Origin: Octopus bimaculoides
Lineage: Eukaryota
Length of the DNA stretch: 63,692 nucleotides
Reading direction: 5' to 3'
Assembly: GCF_001194135.2 (NCBI RefSeq)
Contig: NC_068982.1
Span: 51,746,378 to 51,810,069, forward strand
Under the pieces are notes generated by a model, which saw nothing but the letters and a program-made list of their open reading frames with translations, was not told the origin of the DNA and searched no databases. Positions 52,901-62,482 of this stretch are shown in pieces (position 1 is the first letter of the stretch; each line of letters begins with the position of its first letter). The position numbers and the translations under genes are program-made.

Positions 52901-55900
52901 GTTGTTGTACTTGGGGATGGTCATATTGCCAGTTTAGCCAATAAAAACACACACACTGTATATTTGGTGTTAAATTGCTTCAGCTTTATATTACATTAAT
53001 CTTAATCTTATTTCGGCCAGAGTTCTTTCATCACACTTCTGTGACCTCATCAGTGGTCCTTTGTTTCCTTCTTTCTTATGTGTGTCTCACCTTGCTAACT
53101 ATCAGCCATTTTGTATATATATATATANNNNNNNNNNNNNNNNNNNNNNNNNNNNNNNNNNNNNNNNNNNNNNNNNNNNNNNNAGACTTTTATTAAACTT
53201 CAATGAGTCTAGTAACAAACTGGATATTACTTCAACATGTTTGCAAAGTTTCACGAAAATTCGTTAACGGGCGTAGGCGGCAACTTGACACAAACAGACA
53301 ACTTGCATTTATATATGTATAGATATGATGGGCTTCTTTCAGTTTCTGTCTACCAAATCCACTCACAAGGCTTTGGACAGACCAGAGCAGAAGACACTTG
53401 CCTAAGGTAACCCACAGTAGGACTGAACCCAGAACTACGTGGTTGAGATACAAGCATCTTACCACACCACCACACCTGCACCTATTTGAAACATTTCAGA
53501 TATGAATTCTATCAGGAGTTAGAGCAGTTATTAAAAGCGGAGAAACTTACCTGTTCCAGAATTTGCCGAAGATGTAAATATGCCTCTTGAGGTTCCATGT
53601 GGAGTTCAAGTATCAGTCGATCAATTTTATTGAGCAACAACACTGGTTTAATACCTTCCAGCCAGGCTTGCCGTAACACAGCATGAGTCTAAAGAAGTAA
53701 ATTAGAGCAACAACACAATGAGTAACAATTTCATAATGAAAAGTAGCAAAGACAATATTCTAACTTGTTCAGAGCTTCATTTATATAACTTCTGAAACTA
53801 ATTTAAATAAAACTAACTAAATGTAGTTTTTTTCAGCTTTAACCCTTTAGCATTCAGATAATTGTCAAATGTAATGCATATTTATTCACATTGTTTTAAA
53901 TTAATCATGCATTATCTCATTGATTTGAGATTTTGATGACAGTTTTTTTTTATTTTTAGAACATTGTAGGGTTAGTGTGAGAGGTCAGATCTGACAAGTT
54001 TGAACAAAAATAGAATATTTGGATTGGATATGGCAAGTTTAAATGCTATGGAGTTTATAGTTACTGTTAAAGCAAGAATGAGAGATATATACATAGACTG
54101 AACATCATCCAAAGTACAGTTATTGCTTGTAAAAAATCATAACCTTAGATAGCAAAGATTAAATTTATATTTAGAATATCATTCCTTCTATTTATCCACT
54201 CTACAACCATACCATGTTATATTGGTTTCAAATTTTGGTGCCAGACCAGCAAATTTAGAAGAGGGGACAAGTTGATTACATCAACCCCAGTGTCCTATAG
54301 TTACATATATTACTGATCCCAAAAGGATGGAAGGCAAATTTGACCTCAGCATGTACAGTCTGAAGAAATGCTGTTAGGCATTTTGTCCAACATGCAAACA
54401 ATTCTGCCAGCTCACCACCTTTAACTTCTATGTAATAAAGTTTCCTTACAAAATCTATCAACTGTTTAAACCATTTGAATATTACTCATGATTTTATTTA
54501 CTTTATATAGCAATTAGTGTAAAGAGCTTGTTGGTTACAGATCTTCAAGAAATCAACCACAAATTCTCTGGATTTCTAATAGTGAGAGTGATAAGGAACT
54601 ATTTGTTAACTTGATGCAGAACAAATATCTCAAAGGGCTTCATTTGTAAAGCACCAGCTTTTCAGTTTCTCACTGATTTGTATATTCTTCACTGGTATAC
54701 ATGACCAAAAGATATATATGAGCTTCAGCACAGAATTCCACTCAGAAATTATTAATCAACACAAATACATGGTAGAAATGGAGATGTGCCCAAAGTAACA
54801 TGCAGCAGGTTTGAGCGTGAAATTACTTGGTTGCAAAGAAAACATCTTAACCAAACAGCCAAGCCTGCACCTGTAAATTTTATAAAGCAGAAAACCACAG
54901 AAATGTTTCAATATTTTTGAAATAGAAAGAAAAATGAAAAGATACTGACCTGTGGGCTGACTCCTTCAATGACATCAACAATAATAATAGCACCATCACA
55001 AAGACGTACAGCTGTCGACACTTCACTAGAAAAGTCAACATGTCCAGGAGAGTCAATTAGATTTATCAAATAATCCTCTTGTTCTGAAATAAAAGAGAAC
55101 CCATTTAGTGACTTAATTAAAATGAAAACTTTGTCAAGATAAAGAAAAATGATTATCAAATACTTGTGGACAAATCGTCTCCACAATGCCTGGCTCTCCA
55201 TCGGTTATGATAACAAGTGTTCTAGTTGATATAATCAACCGAACAGCCAGCTCATGAAATTAATGTGCAAGTGGCTGAGCATTCCAGACACACACACACA
55301 CACACACCTTTTCAGAGAATTCAGCATGATAAGGCTGGCCCTTTGAATTACAGATACAACTCATTTTTGCCAGTTGAGTAACTGGAGCAACAAGAATTCA
55401 CAACTTTACTATTGTGAGCCAAGCCTCCACAAGGAGAAAAAATGTGACGAACATAGAATGGTGGTCAATGTGCTTAGACTGAATGCAAGGAAGGTTAAAT
55501 GAAAAATCATAACTTGGATAAAGAAGATGTGGAAGCCAAAAGGTATTTTGTTCAATAAATATTCCTTGAGGATGATGATGAAAGGAAAACTATGGCAGAG
55601 GAAAACTAGTTTGATCTCTTTTCAGTTTGTTACACTACGACCACAGCCTGTATGCACACCAGTATTTTCCATTGGATATGTTACTGTAAGAGGTTGTTAA
55701 AAGCAGAATATAAACTAGATTGGAAGAACCTTGCCCTAACAGAACCAAATAGTGGGGTAACAGTAGAAGTGTTGGGGCAAGTCGATTACATCCACCCTAG
55801 TGTTTCTCTGGCACTCATTTTATTAAACCCTGAAAGGATGAAAGGCAAAGTCAATCTCAATGGAATTTGAAGTTAGTAAAAATATTAATGAGGAAACTAA

Positions 55901-57700
55901 GGATATGAAGGCAAAGAAATAACAAATACGTTACAGATTATTGATGCTAAAAATCTAATGCTGTTACATGTAGTGATTTGATAAGAATTTACTAGTGTAT
56001 TAAATGCAGGAGGATCTATCATACTGACAGGGAACTAGGAGTGTAGATGTGATAGATGATGAATATTTGAGAGCATTCAGGAAATACCAACCATGGATAG
56101 CTCAGCAAATAGTTTCTAGAAACTAGGAGATAATTAGTTTTCTAAGTGAAGACATGTGGCTTAGTGGCTAGGCTTGTGATCACAAGGTTGTGGGTTCAAT
56201 TTCCAGCAGAGCATTGTGTCCTCGAGAAAAACACTTTATTTCACATTGCTACAGTCCGCTTAGTTGGCAAAAATGAGTTATACCTGTAATTCAAAGGGCC
56301 AATCTTGTCACATTTTGTATCGTGCTGAATCTCCCTGAAAACTACTACACGTCTGTGGAGTGTTCAGCCACTCGCACAATTTCACGAGCAGGCTGCTCCG
56401 TTGATCAAATCAACTGGAACCCTTGTCATCATAACCAAAGGAGTGCCAGTTAAAGTTCTGGAATTATTGTAATAAACTTTATTTTTACAACATTTTGTTT
56501 TTGTAGTGTATGAAAAGAAAATTAAGTTAACATACCATGTACATAATGTAAAGAAATTGCACTGGACTTCATAGTAATCCCTCGTAACTGTTCATCTTCT
56601 CTGCTGTCCATGTAACGGATCTACAAATTTCAAAACAAAGTCTTATTACTACAATACAGTGATATTTCTAAAACAAAAATTGTTTTACTGTCACCAAACG
56701 CATTAAATAGTTTGATACAAAAACTAATTAAATGCAGGATAAAGAAATGCATTTTGGATATTGTGAACTTATTTGTAAGCTAGTTCTTTATTACATTCAG
56801 AATATATAAATAAATGTAAGACCTGAAGAGAATAGATAATTTCAAAAATAAAAAGACTTGTGATTATATTTTTTTTTTAAATTCAAACACAATCTATAGA
56901 TGCAGACATGGCCATGTGGTTGCTTCTCAACTATGTGTTTTCAGGTTCAGTCCTACTGTACACTACCTTAGGTACTTCTACTATAGCCCTGGCCAATGCC
57001 TTGTGAGTAGGTTTGGTAGAAATATACCCATGTGTATATACTGAAATGCAACATGAATGTAGCTGCCCTGTGTGGCTTATGGCAGGAGTGGTACAGTTTG
57101 TTAGTTCAGTTGATGGATTACGAGCAACAACATAAAACAGAAGATAAAATTCATTAAAAAAAAAAAAAAACAGAAATGATTACCTTTCCAGACATCCTCT
57201 GGGAAATGATGCCATTACTAGCCACAAGAGAATCAGCCAAGGTAGTCTTTCCTATAAAAAAAATTATACATAATATAGATGGGAAAATGAAGCTACATAA
57301 CGCAAATATATTTTGCTAATATAAAATAACTGTAAAATTATTATATATATATATATATATATAATATTATTAGGGACAAAATCCAAAATTACAGGTAAAA
57401 AACTCAATTAAAATCAATTTATAAAAAATTAAAATTAAATTGAGCCTTATAGATAAAGTATATATAAAATATATATAGTTTTAGGGAAAATAACCAATTT
57501 TCAATTTAATCGATTTAAATTTCTTTTCTATTTGAAAATTGGTTATGAAACACGTGTAATCTTTTTATTATATTTATCTTATGATATTTACTTTACTTTA
57601 TATTATACTCATTTATTGTGCTTTTAATTATTAATTTTTCTATATGTGATAGTGGATTTTCATCGATGAGTTCTTGAAAATTGGTTATTTTCCCTAAAAC

Positions 57701-57742
<42 letters not shown>

Positions 57743-60700
57743 CACACACACAAAAATATTATATTGCATGGCTATTGGGTTTTTCCTTCATATTCAAATC
57801 TAACAAAGCTTAAAAGAAATGTTTTTAATACATATTTGTGTATGTATGTGTGTGCACACGCACAGAAGTCAAACTTACAATAAAAAAGAAATAATACTAA
57901 GAGCCCATTTTAGAGCTCTAACACATAGGTATATATATAACTATTTAATTATCCAGATACAATCATCTCTCTTCTTACAACACAATATAGATTTTGACTA
58001 AACTATATTATAATGTATATCTGAAACAGACATAACAACTACGGTCAAACATCCAGTTAGAGAGCAGTCTCTCAATATGAATAATAATCAACACTTATAT
58101 TCAATGTCCATTGTGCTGTAGGACAATTAGGTTATGGACATTAAGACCTTTTAGCCTAACTTTTTTTTTTGTATGGTTGAAATCAGTGTTCTTTAAAGGC
58201 ACGTGTTTGGTGTTCATCTCTGTAAGTATACTGAAGAACTTATGAAAGCATATGGATGGGTTCTTGGTCTTATTTTTCAGTGTTGTTTCATAGCACATAT
58301 GGACGAGGACAGCTGCATTAAGAAGAGCCGATCGCTAACTGTGGAGGGCACCTGTGGAAGAGGTAGACCCAGGAAGATGAGGGACAAGATGATGAGGTAT
58401 GATCTTTGGATGTTGAGTCTCACAGAGGTGATGACAAGTGATTTGCTGTACTTAAGACATGTCAAGCTAAGTGAAATCATAGTCGTGGCCAGTGCTGGTG
58501 ACATGTAAAAGGCACCCAGTACATTCTGTAGAGTGAGTGTTTGGCATTAGGAAGGGCATCCAGCCATAAGAACCAAGCCAAAACAGACTAGAGCAGCTCT
58601 GCAGCTTACCATCCTCAGTCAAATAGTCTTACCCATGCTAGCATGGAAAATGGATGCTAAATGATGATGTCTTGGCTCATAGAAGGCTAGATCACTTCCT
58701 TTTCCTCCCAACAAATTATCATCATCATCATCAACCCTTGGACATTACTATTTCAAGTCCCAGGATTAATAGGATGGGTAGGCCTGATTTCCATGGTATA
58801 TAAGTGACTGAGATCACAACATTCCCCCTGAATGGTAAGCTAGTTTGTCGCAGAGTTACTCATTTACAGCTTAGTGGACTGGAGCAATGTGAAGTTAAGT
58901 GTCTTGCTCAAAAACATGATGCATCACCCAGTCAGTGAATCGAAAACACAATCGTGTGATCATGAGTGCGACTGCCTAACCACATAGCCATGTGCCTTCA
59001 CAAATAATCAGCCATGCCTAATTTTTTCCCCATCACAGATTAATTTCATGCTGCTCCTCCAGTTTTACTTTCAGAAGGCAGCTGGTCTTGCCCTTATATT
59101 CACTGCCATGACTGCATAAGATGGAATACACACAGTTGTTGATCATGTTTTCTTCTGATGGTAAAAATGTTTAGGAAAATTGTCCCTGAGGATAAACTGC
59201 TTTTGAATATTGTTTCAAGGAACATCATCATCGTTATTTAAAGTCTGCTTTCCATGCTGGCATAGGTTGGATGGCTTGACAAACTGGTATGGCCAAGGGC
59301 TGCACCAGGTTCCATATTTTGTTTTGACTTGGTTTCTAGGGCTGGATGCCTTTCCTAATGCCAACCACTCCACAGAGGGTACTGGATGCTTTTTATGTGG
59401 TACCATCACCAGTGCTTTTTAAGTGGCATGAGCACCCACACCAATGCTTTGGGGGGGGGGGGGGGAGAAAAACAATAAGGCATAGCTGATCATTTATGGA
59501 GGGAAAAGGAAAGTTGCCAACTCATGTGAAACAAAGTCAAAATAATAGATAAGTAACAACATTCAGAGATAAAATGGCTCAAAGAGATAGATTGTGAACT
59601 AGGCTTTGATAAGTTCTTCAGGAGGGCTAGCATAGAAATGAACACCATATTGGTATCTTTAATGAAAAGAGGAAGAACATTAAACGTTTGACTATAAAAA
59701 GTAAAAAGGAGTTAGGTTTAAAGTTCCTAATTTACATCTCATAATTGTTCTGCAGTACATGACATAGTGAATACAATCAATGCTTATATTTACTATCGGT
59801 ATTGACTAAGTGTTAAGTACTTTAGTTTACTCAGTGGATGGATATTCAATTGCTGATGTTCTGTCTTTCTCCCCATACATATACACACACACACACAAAG
59901 ATGCACACATACACATTCATATATATATCATCATCATCATCATCGTTTAACGTCCGCTTTCCATGCTAGCATGGGTTGGACGATTTGACTGAGGACTGGT
60001 GCAACCGGATGGCAACACCAGGCTCCAATCTAATTTGGCAGAGTTTCTACAGCTGGATGCCCTTCCTAACACCAACCACTCAGAGAGTGTAGTGGGTGCT
60101 TTTACGTGTCACCTCCACGAAAACGGCCACGCTCAAAATGGTGTCTTTTATGTGCCACCCGCACAAGAGCCAGTCCAGGGGCACTGGCAGCAATCTCGCT
60201 CGAAAACCCTACAAGGCCAGTCAGGCGGTACTGGCAATGGTCACGCTCAGGATGGTACATCTTATGTGCCACCTGCACAAGAACCAGTCCAGGGGCCCTG
60301 GCAACGATCTCACTTGGCTTGCCGGGTCTTCTCACGCACAGCACATTTTCAAAGGTCTCGGTCAATGCACATCTATGCATACATGCTTTGGTTCAAGTGA
60401 ATTAAGCAAACAATATCTCAAACAGGAAAATATCTAATATAAGAGCATCTGTGGCATGGACAACAATCTAAACCCCATGGATTAAATAAACAGTAAGAAC
60501 ATTATTGAATACAACAGGCATCTAAGTACACCAGACGGCACAACAGCCAGAATATTGTGACTATAACAACTAAGACAATAACACTGTCCAGATATATCAG
60601 TGCATAATACTAAATATTACACACTCAATGACTTTAAACACAGTTCAGTGGCTTTAAGTAATTTATCAGCAATACTTACCATGATCAACATGAGCTAAAA

Positions 60701-60773
60701 TACAAATGTTACGGATGTTTTGAGGTGTCTTTTGAAGTTTAGCCAATTTTTCAGCAGTGGTGGTCCTCATCAT
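34789..60773 (-). CDS. EFL1: Elongation factor-like GTPase 1 (ribosome biogenesis, eIF6 release), whole gene span, 21 coding exons, 3273 nt / 1090 aa
   Basis: Exons join in frame with consistent phases. GTPase motifs AHVDHGKTT (G1), RGIT (G2), DSPGH (G3), NKID (G4). EFL1-specific segments [25 protein letters not shown] and the C-terminus [23 protein letters not shown]...[16 protein letters not shown]. Confidence 0.97.
35441..35638 (-). mobile_element. 5' end of the same mariner family
   Basis: TA plus TIR GTGGGTTATCCCATAAAT, then [32 protein letters not shown] further 5' end lies near 46980-47030. Confidence 0.75.
36190..36855 (+). mobile_element. Degenerate RTE LINE reverse-transcriptase fragment plus 3' tail
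   Basis: [15 protein letters not shown] motif and ARVRTG-like residues, followed by the shared RTE-type tail ending GATGATGAT. Confidence 0.65.
37161..37345 (-). CDS. EFL1: EFL1 coding exon 20 ([14 protein letters not shown]...[14 protein letters not shown])
   Basis: 185 nt, CAG acceptor, GTAAGG donor; domain V. Confidence 0.96.
37967..38853 (-). CDS. EFL1: EFL1 coding exon 19 ([18 protein letters not shown]...[13 protein letters not shown])
   Basis: 887 nt inside ORF 37947-38933; poly-T/CAG acceptor, GTAAGT donor; domain IV motifs [21 protein letters not shown]. Confidence 0.97.
38964..39111 (-). CDS. EFL1: EFL1 coding exon 18 ([48 protein letters not shown])
   Basis: 148 nt, TAG acceptor, GTAATT donor; domain III. 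Confidence 0.96.
39428..39559 (-). CDS. EFL1: EFL1 coding exon 17 ([43 protein letters not shown])
   Basis: 132 nt, CAG acceptor, GTAAGT donor. Confidence 0.95.
39818..39971 (-). CDS. EFL1: EFL1 coding exon 16 (NEQSTLL...[23 protein letters not shown])
   Basis: 154 nt, CAG acceptor, GTGAGT donor. Confidence 0.94.
40085..40670 (+). mobile_element. Degenerate RTE LINE 3' fragment plus tail
   Basis: [44 protein letters not shown], followed by the shared tail ending GATGATGATG. Confidence 0.75.
42030..42190 (-). CDS. EFL1: EFL1 coding exon 15 (GDPVNN...[34 protein letters not shown])
   Basis: 161 nt, TAG acceptor, GTAAGT donor; domain [12 protein letters not shown]. Confidence 0.95.
42956..43482. 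mobile_element. Mariner-derived foldback MITE
   Basis: TA duplications at 42956-57 and 43481-82; TIR (C/T)GAGGGTGAGTCAAAAAGTAATG; inverted arms of about 220-250 bp; mariner transposase C-terminus [38 protein letters not shown] on +. Confidence 0.9.
44044..44174 (-). CDS. EFL1: EFL1 coding exon 14 ([43 protein letters not shown])
   Basis: 131 nt, CAG acceptor, GTAAGT donor; resembles RPLTQEEIAQRR of EFL1. Confidence 0.92.
44771..44870 (-). CDS. EFL1: EFL1 coding exon 13 ([32 protein letters not shown])
   Basis: 100 nt, TAG acceptor, GTACTT donor; conserved [10 protein letters not shown]. Confidence 0.93.
45917..46039 (-). CDS. EFL1: EFL1 coding exon 12 ([40 protein letters not shown])
   Basis: 123 nt, TAG acceptor, GTATGA donor. 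Confidence 0.92.
47238..47371 (-). CDS. EFL1: EFL1 coding exon 11 ([44 protein letters not shown])
   Basis: 134 nt, CAG acceptor, GTAAGC donor. Confidence 0.94.
48273..48665 (+). mobile_element. Full-length tRNA-derived SINE, family A (head, internal microsatellite, tail)
   Basis: A-box-like TGGCTGTGTGG at 48280 and B-box-like GGTTCAGTCC at 48323; tail ends ACAAGTAAAAGAG. Copies or halves near 1362-1768, 1830-1988, 12176-12790, 13150-13515, 15580-16510, 21080-21395, 24570-24720, 26130-26345, 35120-35420, 42580-42890, 53325-53485 and 61560-62240. Confidence 0.9.
48849..48928 (-). CDS. EFL1: EFL1 coding exon 10 ([26 protein letters not shown])
   Basis: 80 nt, CAG acceptor, GTAAGT donor. Confidence 0.94.
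49176..49399 (-). mobile_element. Short mariner-derived MITE
   Basis: Imperfect TIRs TGAGCGGATGCTGAAAAGTTCCTGGC / GCCAGGAATTTTTCAGCACCCCTTCA, TA at the right end, and a [10 protein letters not shown] remnant typical of mariner C-termini. Confidence 0.7.
49751..49874 (-). CDS. EFL1: EFL1 coding exon 9 ([41 protein letters not shown])
   Basis: 124 nt, TAG acceptor, GTGAGT donor. Confidence 0.95.
50381..50499 (-). CDS. EFL1: EFL1 coding exon 8 ([39 protein letters not shown])
   Basis: 119 nt, TAG acceptor, GTAAGT donor; conserved [18 protein letters not shown]. Confidence 0.93.
51689..51718 (-). CDS. EFL1: EFL1 coding exon 7, 30-nt micro-exon ([10 protein letters not shown])
   Basis: TTTTGTAG acceptor and GAG|GTAAAT donor. 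Phase 0-0, stop-free, and falls in the variable insert of the G domain. Confidence 0.65.
52562..52618 (-). CDS. EFL1: EFL1 coding exon 6 ([19 protein letters not shown]), GC donor inferred
   Basis: 57 nt after a TAG acceptor; similar to human INALTGTLFTSKVLE. Frame is kept only with the GCAAGT donor at 52561. The GT 4 nt further on frameshifts the product. Confidence 0.8.
53015..53059 (-). ncRNA. Minimal type I hammerhead ribozyme-like motif
   Basis: Minus strand reads GGACCA-CUGAUGA-G-GUCACA-gaag-UGUGAU-GAAA-G-aa-C-U-C-UGGCC: intact core, 6-bp stem II, 2-bp stem III, CUC cleavage triplet, 3-4-bp stem I. Confidence 0.7.
53551..53688 (-). CDS. EFL1: EFL1 coding exon 5 ([46 protein letters not shown])
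   Basis: 138 nt, TAG acceptor, GTAAGT donor; carries G4 NKID. Confidence 0.95.
53839..54057. mobile_element. piggyBac-like MITE
   Basis: Starts TTAA-CCCTTTAGCATT, with a degenerate inverted end AATGCTATGGAGTTTA. Related copies at about 10740-10970, 49450-49615 and 51840-51918. Confidence 0.6.
54950..55083 (-). CDS. EFL1: EFL1 coding exon 4 ([45 protein letters not shown])
   Basis: 134 nt, CAG acceptor, GTCAGT donor; carries G3 DSPGH. Confidence 0.96.
56150..56450 (+). mobile_element. tRNA-derived SINE, family C
   Basis: Head GTGGCTTAGTGGCTAGG..GGGTTCAATTCC; body GTGCTGAATCTCCC..GGAGTGTTCAGCCACTCGCAC..GATCAAATCAACTGGAACCC. Reverse copies at about 20410-20715, 55195-55410 and 58850-59000. 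Confidence 0.8.
56536..56620 (-). CDS. EFL1: EFL1 coding exon 3 ([28 protein letters not shown])
   Basis: 85 nt, TAG acceptor, GTATGT donor; carries G2 RGIT. Confidence 0.95.
57184..57251 (-). CDS. EFL1: EFL1 coding exon 2 ([23 protein letters not shown])
   Basis: 68 nt, TAG acceptor, GTAATC donor; completes the G1 motif. Confidence 0.95.
58295..58668 (+). mobile_element. RTE-clade LINE 3' end (ORF C-terminus, 3' UTR, (GAT)n tail)
   Basis: [38 protein letters not shown] is typical of RTE ORF ends; followed by GGCATTAGGAAGGGCATCCAGC..GCATGGAAAA..ATGATGATG. Confidence 0.8.
59928..60330 (-). mobile_element. Young RTE-type 3' tail element with internal module repeats
   Basis: (CAT)n then CGTTTAACGTCCGCTTTCCATGCTAGCATGGG..GGATGCCCTTCCTAAC. 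Homologues at 27790-28255(+), 45100-45300(-), 46445-46632(+), 47740-47915(+), 59222-59420(-) and 60852-61001(+). Confidence 0.8.
60680..60773 (-). CDS. EFL1: EFL1 coding exon 1 ([32 protein letters not shown])
   Basis: Tandem ATGs at 60773 and 60770. GTAAGT donor after 60680. An upstream TTTTTCAG acceptor (exon starts 60787) implies a separate 5' UTR exon. Confidence 0.95.
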
Positions 60774-61845
60774 TCAAGAATTGCAATCTGAAAAAGAAGT
60801 TTTATATTAATAATGTTTATTTCCACAAAAATCAAATAACAGTAGTATTAATGGTATTAGGAAGGGCATCCAGCCATAGAAACCAAGCCAAAACAGACTG
60901 TGAAACCTGATGTGGACCACGGCCTTGCCAGTTTCTGTCAAGCTTTTCAATTCATGCCAGGATGGAAAACAGTTATTAAATGCTGATTTTGGTGATGATG
61001 ATTAAATTGACATGAACAACAAACAAACATTTTTTTTTAGTTGTCTTTAGCTGTATTAGTAAATTTGGATAGGAGACTGTGTTGAGCTTGGTCAATGGGC
61101 CACATTGCTTCTTGGGGAGTAAACTTAATCCATCACCTCTTGGTATTGGTGCCTTTACTAGAATCCATTCTATTGCAAGTCTCCACTTTCTTTCAGTCCC
61201 AGGGGCTCTTCAAAAGGTTCATGGGTGCTGCCCAGAACCAAGAATTTGGTACACAAAATTAAACTCCTATTCCAACTCCTCGATTTGTTTTAACACCAAC
61301 TCCTACTTTTACTCATCAATATATGGCTCAGCTGACTCATTAATCCACACACAGGACATCTTAAGGTTATAACTTTGAGAATAGTGAGGTAGACCAGAAA
61401 AAAGTCATTCTAAGATTGTTTTTTTAACGTAAGCATGCCCAAACAAGGCGAATGCTTACACAGAGCAGGTTTTACAGCCAGCCACATCATCCAAACCAAC
61501 CAGGTGAAACCGGGCTTAGCTGCTAGTATACACACACACACACACACATGTGTGTGTGTGTGTGTGGTAAGTAGCTTGCTTACCAACCACATGGTTCCGG
61601 GTTCAGTCCCACAGCGTCACACCTTGGGCAAGTGTCTTCTACTATAGCTTTGGGCCGACCAAAGCCTTGTGAGTGGATTTGGTAGACGGAAACTGAAAGA
61701 AGCCTGTCGTATATATGTATATATGTTGTGTATCTGTGTCTGTCCCCCCCAACATCGCTTGACAACCGATGCTGGTGTGTTTAGGTTCCCGTAACTTAGC
61801 AGTTCGGCAAAAGAGAACGATAGAATAAGTACTAGNNNNNNNNNN

Positions 61846-61896
<51 letters not shown>

Positions 61897-62384
61897 TCCC
61901 ATATATAGTGAACTGAATTCAGGATTCGGCATTCTTGCCCAGGATTCCATAGAAACTCACATTGTTTCAATCATTAGACTGTGGCCATGTTGGAGCACCC
62001 TCTTGAAGGTTTTAGTCGAAGAAATCAACCCCAGCACTTAGTTTTTAAACCTGATACCTTTTCTGCTGGACCACTAAATTATGGGGAGGCAAACACATCC
62101 ACGATGGGCTTCTTTCAGTTTCTGTCTACCAAGTCCACTCAGTAGAAGACACTTGACCAAGGTGCCGCACAATGGGACTGAACCCAAGGCCACATGGTTG
62201 GGAAGCAAGCTTCTTAATCAAACAACCACGCTTGCACCTATAGATCTTGAAAATGACTTCATACCATATGGTTAACTCAAACAAATGTAACACAACAAAC
62301 TATTGTCTATTGTTCTATTTAAAATGATTCAACTAAATTAGATCATAACTAAAAGAAAACAAGTGATAAAATGTACATTTAAAA

Positions 62385-62445
62385 TCGACATCTTCCTCAC
62401 CACCCCTACAATACGTAGATAACATTAATAGGCGGAGTTATGATG
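62385..62445 (-). promoter_or_regulatory. Candidate EFL1 promoter / non-coding first exon
   Basis: GC-box-like AGGCGGAGTT near 62430, locally more CpGs, and a possible GTGAGG donor near 62400. A 5' UTR exon is required upstream of 60787. Confidence 0.25.
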
Positions 62446-62482
62446 TAAGCACATGTTGAAATCCCTCATAACATTTTTTTTT

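Noticed and set aside
57530-57690. GAAACACGTGTA and CGATGAG as parts of a third hammerhead
   Set aside because: The core lacks U4, the pieces are in the wrong order within this copy, and stem II cannot be formed.
58231-58255. CTGAAGA..GAAA hammerhead-like spacing
   Set aside because: No pairable stem II and no convincing stem I or stem III.
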